A DNA stretch of 64,000 bases from Takakia lepidozioides (taxonomy: Eukaryota; Plantae; Bryophyta). Location: the NCBI GenBank assembly GCA_030704615.1, contig CM060731.1:26288001-26352000 (forward strand), written 5' to 3'. Below the pieces are notes generated by a model that did not search any database, was not told the origin of the DNA, and saw only the letters and a list, made by a program, of their open reading frames with translations. A program made the position numbers and the translations under genes. The stretch's first letter is position 1, and each line of letters begins with the position of its first letter. Of this stretch, positions 14,085 through 25,110 are shown piece by piece.

Positions 14085-15840
14085 CCATCCGCGGAGGTAG
14101 GGCGGCGCTGGAAATTTCCCTCACGCAGGTAATTCACAAGCGCGCGGATGGAAATCCGGCGCCGAATTTCCATCCGCGGAGGTAGGGCGGCGCTAGAAAT
14201 TTCCCTCACGCAGATTATTCGGAAGCGCGCGGATGGAAATCCGGCGCCGAATTTCCATCCGCGGAGGTAGGGCGGCGCGCCGAATTTCCCTCACGCAGGT
14301 TATTCGGTGCCGAATTTCCATCGTGCAGGTAATTCGAATACCGGATGAATGGAAATTCGGCGCCGAATTTCCATCCAGCAGGTAAGTCGGATCGGTGCCG
14401 TATGGATATTCGGCGCCGAATTTCCATTCGCCATGTATTTCTGAGCGAGGAATTACCTTCCTGCAGGTAATTCCCAGATGAGAATTACCTTCGTGCAGGT
14501 AATTTCCAGATGTGAATTACCTTCCTGCAGGTAATTCCAATCGATGCCGGTAGGATGTTAATTCCTCGTTCAGAATTACCTGCACGAAGGTAATTCTGAT
14601 GGAGGAATTACCTGCAGGAAGGTAATTCTCATCTGGGAATTACCTGCACGAAGGTAATTCCTCGCTCAGAAATACATGGCGAATGGAAATTCGGCGCCGA
14701 ATATCCATACGACACCGATTCGACTTACCTGCTGGATGGAAATTCGGCGCCGAATTTCCATTCATCCGGGATTCCACTTACCTGCTGGATGGAAATTCGG
14801 CGCCGAATTTCCATTCATCCGGGATTCCACTTACCTGCTGGATGGAAATTCGGCGTCGAATTTCCGTTCATCCGGGATTCCACTTACCTGCTGGATGGAA
14901 ATTCGGCGTCGAATTTCCGTTCATCCGGGATTCCACTTACCTGCTGGATGGAAATTCGGCGCCGAATTACCGTTCATCCGGGATTCGAATTACCTGCAGG
15001 ATGGAAATTCGGCGCCGAATTTCCATTCATCCGGGATTCCACTTACCTGCTGGATGGAAATTCGGCGCCGAATCTCCATCCATCCGGTATTCGACTTACC
15101 TGCTGGATGGAAATTCGGCGCCAAATTTCCATCCATCCGGTATTCGACTTACCTGCTGGATGGAAATTCGGCGCCAAATTTCCATCCGGGGGATGGTCTC
15201 TGTCGGAGAGGTGCCGCCTCTCCGCCGCTCTGTTGGATATTCAGGGCCGAATTTCCGTCCCGGGGGTTGAAATATGACGGCCAAGTGCCGACCTCTCCCT
15301 TCTCCCCGACTGCATTGGAACGGCCCCGAATTGAAATTCGGCGCCGTTTTCCCATCTGGGGAGGTTTTTATGTCGGCCAGTTTTCGGTCTGACCCCCCGA
15401 CAAGACTTCCTTTGGGGGGGCCCGGATGGAAATTCGGCGCCGAATCTTCATCCAGGGGATGTTCTCTGTCGCACACTCGCCGGCCTCTGCGCCCGAGGCG
15501 ACTTCATCCGGGCGTCCCCTGTTCGATATTCGGTGCCGAATTTCCGTCCGGGGGTTGAAATGTGACGGCCAAGTGCCGGCCACTCCCCCCTCCCCGACTA
15601 CATCCGAACCGCCCCGGATGGAAATTCGGCGCCGTTTTTCCATCTGGGGATGTTTTTATGCCGTCCAGTTTTCGGCCTGACCCCCCGACACGACTCCCTT
15701 TGGGGGGCCCGGATGGAAATTCGGCGCCGAATCTCCATCCAGGGGATATTCTCTGTCGCACACGCGCCGGCCTCTGCGCCCGAGGCGACTTCATCCGGGC
15801 TTCCTCTGTTGGATATTGGGTGCCGAATTTCCATTTGGGG
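14085..15840. repeat. Palindrome-rich repeat field: ~86-bp tandem (14085-14320), large inverted repeat (arms ~14325-14540 and ~14570-14790), 52-bp tandem x~9 (14722-15185), ~295-bp duplications (to 15840)
   Basis: Most units carry GGAAATTCGGCGCCGAATTTCC or a close variant. The inverted-repeat core has six GAATTACC-N8-GGTAATT units. Confidence 0.92.
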
Positions 15841-16138
15841 GTAGTAATGTGACGGCACGGTGCCGGCTTCTCCCCTTCAGCCGTCATCATCCGGACGGCC
15901 CCCCACTTTCTGACTGCATACCGTTGGCAGTTATTGCGCAAAGAGCAGGGGCCGCATTCCGGAGACAAGGTTCATTAACACTCTGACTGTGGATTTTTGA
16001 GATAGTTGGCTCCCTGGATTTGGATCAGGCTTCGTCGCTCGGACAAATCGGCATCGCATTCATTCCCATCGCTGCATCCCCCTTCTACCAGGGAGCTTCC
16101 CCGCACGCCATCCTGGCAGTCTTGTGTGCACATCTCCC

Positions 16139-19100
16139 ATGGCGGAAAACCCGAGCGCTACAGTGTACTGCCCTCCTCACGACCATAGAGCTTCATTTCC
16201 GTGCAGAGGGGACACCTGCCGGGTGATGGAGAAATATCTGTGCGTTCGATACCACCTGAAACCGGGGTCGGTTTTTTTGGAGGAGGAAATGAAGGACTCT
16301 AACGGCCTTGTTGTCGAGAGTATTGTTGTGCTCCACGATGATTTCGGCGATGGCAGGGAATGGCGAGTTCCACCATCGGACAGCGTCATATACAGGGCTG
16401 TTGGGGACTTCATTTGCCCGCCAAATGCACCGTCTATCCTGGCGCCTTCCACGAAACAATCCGCGAATCAGAGAGTGGGTACCTCAAAGAGAGAAGTCCG
16501 CAACGAAGTAAATCCAGAGCCGAACCCATCCATGAAGACGAGCAAGAACCGGGTTGTTCACAACCTGTCCGACTCAGACGAGGTCATGGAAGTTCCGAGG
16601 TCGTCCTGGAGATCAGGCAAGTCCTCAATGGACGTCAGTGGAGGAGGGAGTCATATTCCCAGCACGAGCACCGCAGTTCGATCTATTCTTGAAATTCTGC
16701 GAGGGCTTCACCTGGAAGGACACCGGTCGGAGCTGGCCGGGCTGGACTACAGCAAGTTCGCAATTAAATCGGTTACATGCCTTCCCGCCGACGTCGACGG
16801 TAATATCTTCTTTGAGTTCCCTCCTCGGGCGGACTACTCGAGGGCGTCCGGAATGTTGACAGATATGGATAGAAAACATGACGGTCATCCTTGGTGCATT
16901 ACCAAAACCACCAGCATGAAGATGCTTGATGGTGTGCGGGTGCGCTACGTTGTTTGTGCGGGCGCGTTGCGGTGTTTCTCCCCAACTTGCTTCCACTTTA
17001 AATCCAGAGGTCACAGGAACGAGACCGATTGGACAGGCACAACTCACCAACCATTTCGAGCTCAGGAGAAGGTTCCGAACTCCACATTTAAGTGTGCGCA
17101 TTGCAAAGAACCACCACACTGCATGTCTGTTTGTAATGCCAAGCAGTTCTATGTGTTGCACCGTTTCCCTGACCTCACCCGAGCTTGCATACACGTTGGT
17201 TCCCATTGTCACAAATTGGCGAGGGGGAACTCGCGGGAGGCTGCCCACGAAGCAGAGCAGCTCGTTCAGGAGGAGGTTAAGTTGAGACCGGGTGCCAAAC
17301 CCAAACAGATACAGCTCCAAGCCGCCCATAAGATGGCATTGGCCAGAATTATGTCGAAGACGGCTCCGATAGAGTTCCTCTCGACGAGAAGGAAAATGGA
17401 GGCATTGCTGGAGTCGGTGTCCCACGTATGTTCACCGAATGTCCGAAACCACATTGTCTCATGCAAACAGAAAATTGGGCGTGGCTCGTATGCACTCCAT
17501 TCTGGAGGTGAAGCGACGCGCGATGTGGATATGACTACATTCATGGAAGTAGGTTTCCAGGACAAGGGACTGAGGCAGATCGTTGTTTCGTATTCAAAAT
17601 GTCCACGTGTGGACCTGGCAGTGGCGTCGAACTGGTCGACAGGATGACGAGTGGGAACTTGTCAAACAGTTGGTCATGTTCGACATATCAAGCGAATTAC
17701 AAATCATCAGTGGGTGACAATGGGTGCACATGTCTACGACACCCACTGCAGGATGCTAATGACAATTGCTATTTGTGAGATGAAAGGAGAGGACACACAA
17801 TCGGAGATGCTTCTTTGGCAGGGAATAAACGAAACAGATGGCCAAGGCGGGATTGCCCCCTCCCAATTTCCGTGGTTTCATGGCGGACAATGCACAAGCA
17901 AATTGGGCTGCCATCCGAAGGGTGTACGGGCAAGACCCAATGTTCCATGGAAGGCAAGGAGAGATCTTGTGGTTCCATTTTCTACAGAGCCTTTCGCAGT
18001 ACACAACCAGGCTCGTGGCGCCAGATTTCAGAGAGGAGCACCGTTCCATGTGCCTTGCGTGGAAGCGCGCTCCCACCTTGGATGATGCAGAGACACAGTT
18101 TGCATGCATACGGGCTTGGTGGACATCGTCAGGTGCTGTAAGGAAATCATACGAAGGAGCAATGGTCAGTTGGCTAGCATGGTGGCATTATCGTTTCCTC
18201 CAGTTCGGCGACTATATGCGGGAGGTGAGTTGCACGAATTCGCGTCCCGTTGGATATTATTCTTGGCCATATTTGTAACTTGCTTGTAACCTGAACATGT
18301 GCTTGTGCAGGAAATGTGTCTCGACTCCGACACCGACATGCCCAGACAAACATGGCCGAATCAGTGCACTCTTCCTGGCGTGCCTCCTCTGCGGCGCATC
18401 TGGTGGACATCCTCACTGCCAAACGGAGGACATTGTGAGGTCAATTATGCAGCAATGCAGGTACAACGAGTTCTTGAAAGGGAAACAGTGGGGCTTGGGG
18501 CCGGACAGGCAGGAAATGCTGATGCGGACTGCCTCCAGATCAAAGATCCTCAGAAGTGGGCGGCGGCCTTGCGAGAGGCCTTCGGGATACGCCATTGCTG
18601 CGAAGAGGCCAACATTTGGAAGGAGATGTTCATACCCGTCCAGTGAGACGAAGACTTGACGAGGCACCTGGCGGAGAAGAGGATTCATGGCGAGCTGACA
18701 AGAATATTCGCACGCTCCCGTGGTCCGGTGATGTTGCCGAGGAGGTCTCGTCGAGCACCGGAAGTCTACACGTTCAAGATCGCCATCTCTCCTTTGAGCA
18801 CAGGGCGCGTGCCCCGGCAACATAACGAGCCATCTGTAGTAAAGCAATACAACATTCCCATTGTGGAGACAAGAGTGTCGGAGTCACAGTGGAGAATTGC
18901 GAGGACATTGCCGGCATTTCGAGGGAAGTGTTGCGCCATCCGGGTGGATACGAGAGCACGCTGTGGTGAGATGATTCGGAGGAACCCACACGGTGCTGTA
19001 CCTGCACCTTGTTTCAGCGGCAGATTTTGACTCCCACATTTGCTCACGCCACAACGCAGACATTTTGGTTCTGTAGGCACGACATAATGACCTGTGTATT

Positions 19101-19718
19101 TGGCAAGCCCAAGTACGGGATTCAGGGAATGCCGGAGCCTCCGGGCGTCTGGCCTGTTGCACCGGGTTGCAGCCTCTCTCAGAGTGAGCGGATGCTATCT
19201 GCAGCAGGATTTCGAATGGTGCAACGCACAGACATCCCGGCCCACGCATTTCCGGTTCCTCAGACCCAGCCATTGCAGACTGCTCGGTCCAGTAGAGACG
19301 GATTGGACAATTCTGCACATCCCACAATGCGATTCGGAAGAGTGAAGAGACGACACCCTCCAACAAGTTGAATGAGACTCGGATTGCCAATGCTCTTGGG
19401 ATGGCTTGCACTATTCAGAGCTCCGTGGACGTACCCCCACCCGGCCTTGGGCGTGTGTATCGGATGGCAACGGCCGGCTCGGCTGTACGCGACGATGTAT
19501 ACACAATTACGATTGGAGTGGAGCCGACTTGCAACTGTACGGACTTCTCGTTGATGGAAGCAAAGAAGGGTTCGAAGTATTATCCGTGCAAGCATCTGTA
19601 TTACATCTACCTGAAGAGGTTGAGGATGAACGTGACTATTGATGACTTTATTCATGCACCGGCGTTGAGCGTGAACGAGCTGCACAAACTACTCCTTAGG
19701 GATTCCAGAAATCATTGA
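16139..19718 (+). pseudogene. MULE-A transposase (GCM-like Zn domain, DDE core, Cys-rich domain, SWIM), frameshifted; intron 18226-18310
   Basis: DGHPWC..CAGALRC...C..CAHC..C...C..H.G.H.H; WVMFD; FMADNAQANW; W/C-x-FHF; NMAESVH; CNCTDF...YPCKHLYY. Confidence 0.85.
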
Positions 19719-19877
19719 TGGGGCAAAGGGAATCCTCCATATGGATATTTTCAAATGCATTTTGTTGTATCAGACTTTTTTTTTGCAGTGTAATGAAATG
19801 CACCCCAAAACTCCTGGAATGAGGCAATATTCCATTCAAACTGAGATCCAACAAAAGCAGTTGTGGGGCCATTTCTA

Positions 19878-20538
19878 GAAAAATGGCGCCGAATTTCTCT
19901 TTTTGGGGCCGAAAACTCGCTAAGTCCCAACATGCACTGGTACTTGTTTTGGGAAAATGGCGCCGAATTTCTCTTTTTGGGGCCGAAAACTAGCTAAGTC
20001 CCAACATGCACTGGTACCGTGTCTGGAAAAATGGTGCCGAATTTCTCTTTTTTGGGCCGAAAACTGGCTAGGTACACTGTTTGGAAAAATGGCGCCGAAT
20101 TTCCCTATTTTGCGCCGAAAACTGGCTAAGTCCGAACATGCACTGGAAAAATGGCGCCGAATTACCTGTCATGAGGGGACCTATAGCCGCGGAATTCGGC
20201 ACCATTTTTCGCCAGAGAGACCTATTGCCGCGAAATACGTCGCCGTTTTTTCAGGTTACGGACCCTATTACCCCGCGAAATTCGGCGCCATATTTGCACA
20301 TGTCGCTGGGAATTGGCATGAGCGGAAGACGAAATATCATGAGCACAACTGTCAAAAGTGCAATTTTCCCTTCAAGGGGCCGAATAATATATTTGTTTTT
20401 CCTGACACATTGCATTAAATTATTGTTTTTTATTGTTTTTTATTTTCGAAATTTGTACTTCTGCTCATGAAAACCGATTGTGTTACTACTCTGCTCATGC
20501 CGCTCATGCCGCTCATGCTCATGAAATAGCAAACCTCC
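19878..20538. repeat. MULE-A right subterminal repeats: ~73-bp tandem with AAAATGGCGCCGAATTT, then GCTCATGCC units next to the end
   Basis: Units start at ~19878, 19953, 20026 and further degenerate copies; mirrored at 52335-53015. Confidence 0.85.
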
Positions 20539-21609
20539 AGTGACCTTAGGGAAGCCATGTTTTAATTTCTCGTTCGTCTTGGATTTGCAGGAGCATCTTT
20601 TCATGCTTGCAAGAGCGCCGGAAGGCACTTCTTTGGCATGGAGGTTGATACGGAGCTCTTCTCAAGCGAGCTTTGTCAGCTTGAGTCCGGCACTACTTCT
20701 GCCCCATCCACTCAGGGACTTCTAGAGGAGCCCGAAGCGCCTGAGGAGGATCTCGACGTAGACTCCGATTTTGAGTGTGAGTAAGTTCGGCTGTAGTCGT
20801 GCAAAATATGTTGCATTTACTTGTGTCATTCCCGTTTGACAGATGGTTGCTTACATTGTCTATATCTGGATGTTAACATCTACCGCCATTCCTCTTCTTG
20901 CTTTCCAGAGTTCGGCACCAGTCATCGAATCAGCAGACACCTTTCGGTTTCCAAGGATACTACATGTCCCCGAGTCCCCCTAGAGCTTACCGCTTGCCGG
21001 TTTATGCTGAAGATTGCGCACGGGTGTTATCCCAACAATCAATGTATTCGCATCTACATGAAGGTCGTGGAAAAAAAAAACGTCGCGGATGTGCTGCTAT
21101 ATTCATAGATGATATTGCTGTAAACTCTGGAAGTGGTTCCTCTGAAACCTCCAATAGTTCTTGAGGTTCAAGTACCGAGGCTCAATAAATTGTGTTTTGG
21201 TTTTGCTTCCATCCCCAAACTGTTTTTCAAGTTCATTGCGCGTTCCCGTAAGTACAGTTAGGGATTGCCTGGGGTAGGTCTTCGGAATCCGGAATTGAAA
21301 AATGTTTGTGGGTTGGAATGAATGTACTGCTTTGCAAAACAAAAGGGTTTGCTTTTAATATTCAGTTCTCTAGTGGGCGATCTCCTCATTCCAAAGGGAT
21401 GACCTCAATCATAAACCATCCGCAAACCTGTCATTGTTCTCGACTAGAAAGAATATTCATGTGGGGGCAATGAAGAGGGATAAAAAATAAGGATCCGCGG
21501 TAATAGGGGAAGCCAGGGGGAAAGCACGGTATTAGGGCCTGAACATGTGGATGCTTGCTTATGTGGCGTGAGCGAAGCCAAGCTCACAGGCTCACGCGCA
21601 AGCATCCCC
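20539..21609 (-). mobile_element. Remnant of a MULE-C-like element (methyltransferase-side end)
   Basis: The end reads GGGGATGCTTGCGCGTGAGCCTG on the - strand, resembling the MULE-C end GGGATGCCTCGGTGTGAGCCTG (24088). It interrupts a Ty3 protease. Confidence 0.72.
20591..20784 (+). pseudogene. Last exon of a diverged paralogue of the MULE-C ParB-methyltransferase gene
   Basis: After ttgcag: (G)ASFHACKSAGRHFFGMEVDTELF...DVDSDFECE*, homologous to (G)ATYHACKAGGRSLFGMEGDSDLY...QVDNDFSCE* at 25304-25111, with the same intron phase. Not listed in the supplied ORF track. Confidence 0.85.
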
Positions 21610-24087
21610 CGGCTTCATATCCGCCTCCATGAGGCCCAAACCTGCAATAGCAGCTCTGCCCAACATCAGTGGCTGAACTCCCGAGTCCAACAAGACCCGC
21701 AGTGGCCGGTACCTCTTGCCTGCTGGTCCACTCAAAAAGAAAATGCCATCATGGTTGTCTAACAAGACAACTCCAGGTGTCACCATGACACGCTCAAAGG
21801 CTGGCCTAGCTGGCAGCTCCGTCAACCTGGCAGCTACAACTTGCCAGGGCGCAGCCGTGGCAGTCTTCACCCTCAAATCCGAGGATCCCTCTGCCACTAC
21901 ACCTTCCACTAACTCCGCAGAAGATGAAGTGACCTCCCCACTCTCACAGAGTATTGCTACTAGTCTGAACACTGCAGCGGGTCTTACCCCCGGCGCTGGG
22001 CATCTCCATGCCCATACTTGCCACAATGCCCACACTGCAACTGTGCAGGCTGTGCTTCTGCCGGCCCTTTGTCACTTTCTGGGCAATCTTTCTTGACATG
22101 GGATCCTCCACATGTTCAACATACCACCCCTGGTTGCTGTTGGCCTGCAAAAGAAGCTACTGGCCTCTGCACCTGAGGTCCCCTGTAAGCTCCATGGAAT
22201 TTGGGTTGGGCAACCTTGCCCCCCTGACCACGCTGTTGGGCAGTCCCTTGTACCTGTTGGCTGGCAGCTGCGCCTCGTGCAGGCATGTCCTAGCCAAATC
22301 CAATGGTAACAACTCGTTTCTCCACCATGTTGAGCTCAATCCGCTCAGCCAGCAGAAACACATCTGCTAATGTGGGTTGGGCCGCTTGTAACAGGGTTGC
22401 ATCCCGCACCTTTCTCCTGAGCTCATTGTCCAAAATTCCATACCAGAACTGGACTGCCTGAGCTTCAGTAACTCCTTGGGTCACACTTATCAAGCACCTT
22501 ATACGAGTGTAGGCCTCTCGCAAGCTCTCACTGGATTTGCGCTGGAAGTCTTGCAAACTTCGCAGCTTCTCTGTCCATACGCCTTGGTAGTTCATCCGCA
22601 ACTCCTGGAAGAACTCCACCACCGGGTTGAATCTAGGCACATGTGTTGTAGTCGTGGTAGGAGGAGTAGTAGCACCTTTTGAACTGGTACCACCTGCAGA
22701 AGTACCGGCACTACTTGTTCCACTACTAGTGCTGGCAATGGGAGATATTGGTGCTGATGCAACTACTGGTCGCGTCGTGCCTTGAGTAATGGAGACGTAG
22801 TCAGGTGACCAATACATCCTCCACTCCTCAATCTCTGCTTTATGTCCTCGCCTGAACTCATGGTAATCGTCCATAGGCGGGCCTTCCAAATGCTGGAACA
22901 GTCCTTTCCACGCCATGAATGGGGTGAACAGCTCTGGATTACGCATCTACTGCAAATCACACCAGCTGTCGAACTCCTGGATAAAGTCATCCAGCTTGAT
23001 TGTGCCCATAGCTCCAAAGTACCTACGAGGCCCCTTCGTAGTTCCATACATCTCCTCCATGTCGTCCTACAACAATGGCGAATGAAACTGCACACCTATT
23101 GATGAAGCCTCCGAGTCTGTGTCTGACTTTGCACTAGTTGAGGGTGGAGGTGAAGGTGGTTTGAAACGAACACCTCGTCTGGTGAACCCACTCTCACTGC
23201 TACTGCCTGTAGCCGTACTCCCCTCAAAACCCTTGGGTAACTCCGTGATGACACTCACAACCCGCACCTCCCCCACGTGACACTATAAGGCTCTAGTACT
23301 AATTCTAATAGTGACATGGGTGAGCACCTGTTGCGGATTGAGGGTCATATCCCAGTGGGTAAGGGCACCTGCACCTGCATCCACCGCAAGAACTCTTATG
23401 GTTGGCTGGTCATCAACCCAGCCTCACCATAGAAGAAACACTGGTGGTCTTGCTAGTCATCACTCCAGCCTCACCACCGATAGCATACTATAGGATTGAC
23501 CGGTGATCAAATCCGGCCTAATCCCTATGAAAGCAAGCGCCCATACAAAACCAACATGGCACACAGTCAAGCATGCAGGTGTGAGGGGGATCCAAACACA
23601 AAAAATCAAAACATCAACACCCCCACACCAAAATCCATCTGCAGTGCTGATCCTGCAGAATATCCCAGCCCAAAACCCCGGACTGACTGGCCTCCACCAA
23701 GAGAGGCTTTGGCAACTACAAGTACAAAGTAATGAAAATAGTAAAAAGAGAGAGGGGAAGAATAGAGGCCCGACCAAGCAAGATCTAATCCTGATCTATG
23801 TTATCAACTGCCAGACTTCTCTCAAAGTGCCTCGCTCTGCATGATGGTAAGGTGTAGGAGGTATATCTATGTCCAGAAACCTGCCACTAACCTTGTCCCA
23901 AGCTACAGTAGCTCGCTCTAACCAACCCTCCTCCTCTTTCTGCCAGGTAGAGACAAAGCAATACTTCTCTATCTCCTGCTCACTGAATACTAAAGAAAAT
24001 AAAGGTAGGGTCTGATAGTCTCTCAACTCGAAAGCTTTGAGACGGTTGTGAGTGTCCTCATTGCGAATGACTGCATCTCATTCAACA
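21610..24087 (-). mobile_element. Ty3/gypsy Gy-D 5' part: probable LTR/leader, gag, zinc knuckle, protease (degenerate)
   Basis: gag LRSLQDFQRKSSESLREAYTRI..VTEAQAVQFWYGIL; CGHCGKYGH knuckle near 22030; protease VLLDSGVQPLMLG. Possible LTR start TGTTG at 24087; the LTR 3' end was not resolved. Confidence 0.75.
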
Positions 24088-25110
24088 GGGATGCCTCGGT
24101 GTGAGCCTGGTCACGTGAGCGCGTGAGCGCAACTGCGCTCACGCCACGTCACCTTGCGCAAATGCCACGTCACGGGGCTCACTCCACGTCATCACACGTG
24201 AAGGCCGCGTCACCACGCGCCCAGAAAGAAGTGGAGTGTATTCCCGCGGATTGGCACCCTTTACCGCGGAAACAAGCTGGACGACATAATAAAAGGCATT
24301 GAATAAAGGATGGATGAATGTACAGTTGGATGATAAACAGATGGATGAGTGTGAAAAATGAATGTAGATGGATGAATGAGGGATGGATAAGAGTAAAATG
24401 GATGAATGTATAATGGATGTTGAGCAATGACAAAAATTCATTACAGGAAGATGCATGACCAAATCTTTTGACGAATGCACAACGTATATGAAATGAGTGT
24501 GGAAGGTTTGTGGGGTGGATTAAAGAGTACAGAGGATGAATGTACAATGGATGTTGTACAAAGGAAAAATTCATGAATGGAGCACGCATGAATACACTGT
24601 AGATGAATGCACAATGGATATGAGAAGAGTCAGGGAGGTTTGTGAGATGGATTCATACATATTGCAATTTAAATGAAAGTTGATTCTGTGATTATTATTT
24701 GTTCTAAAGGAACAACTACGGTGGAGGAAGGGGATTCACGTTTTCCAGATAATATGAAAATGAATATTAAAAGAATACAGTTCAGTCTGACTCAGAGTCA
24801 GTACAATGTATCCCCGCTTCCTCTGCATCTAAGTCTAAGTATTTTAGAACACCGGATCCACGCTGGATACACCTACGGCTGGCCACTAAAAAGTCAGGGG
24901 ATAGGGACTCGGCCGCGTGAAGTGCCATTGCTTCGGCATAAACAGGAAGCAGAAAATTGGAAAGGGGGCTGTCGAAAACAGACTCGCCAGAATGACTGTA
25001 TCTCCTGAAGATCCACCGCTGCCTTTCCTGAAAGACAGCCTGAAAAAGTTATTACTGTAACTTTGATGTTATTGAGAAATTGAGTATGACTCCCAAAGAG
25101 GGTTTAGCAC

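Larger units (their letters stand above)
14085..20538 (+). mobile_element. Mutator-like element MULE-A, copy 1 (left end missing)
   Basis: Transposase 16139-19718. The right end ...GCTCATGAAATAGCAAACCTCC (20538) is the shared homology boundary with copy 2 (52335). GGCGCCGAATTT repeat arrays lie on both sides of the gene. Confidence 0.82.

Noticed and set aside
14676-15392. Overlapping ORFs with repeated MEIRRRISIH/GWKFGAEF peptides
   Set aside because: Artefacts of a 52-bp palindromic tandem repeat that is open in several frames on both strands.
16139-19718. High CpG content as evidence of escape from 5mC silencing
   Set aside because: The two MULE-A copies differ by several CG-to-TG changes (e.g. 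~19475 and ~19493), consistent with past methylation; methylome data are needed.
24076-24095. CAAC at 24083 as a short TIR matching the right end
   Set aside because: The paralogous end at 21609 starts at GGGGATGC without CAAC, CAACA fits the adjacent LTR boundary, and no TSD was found.
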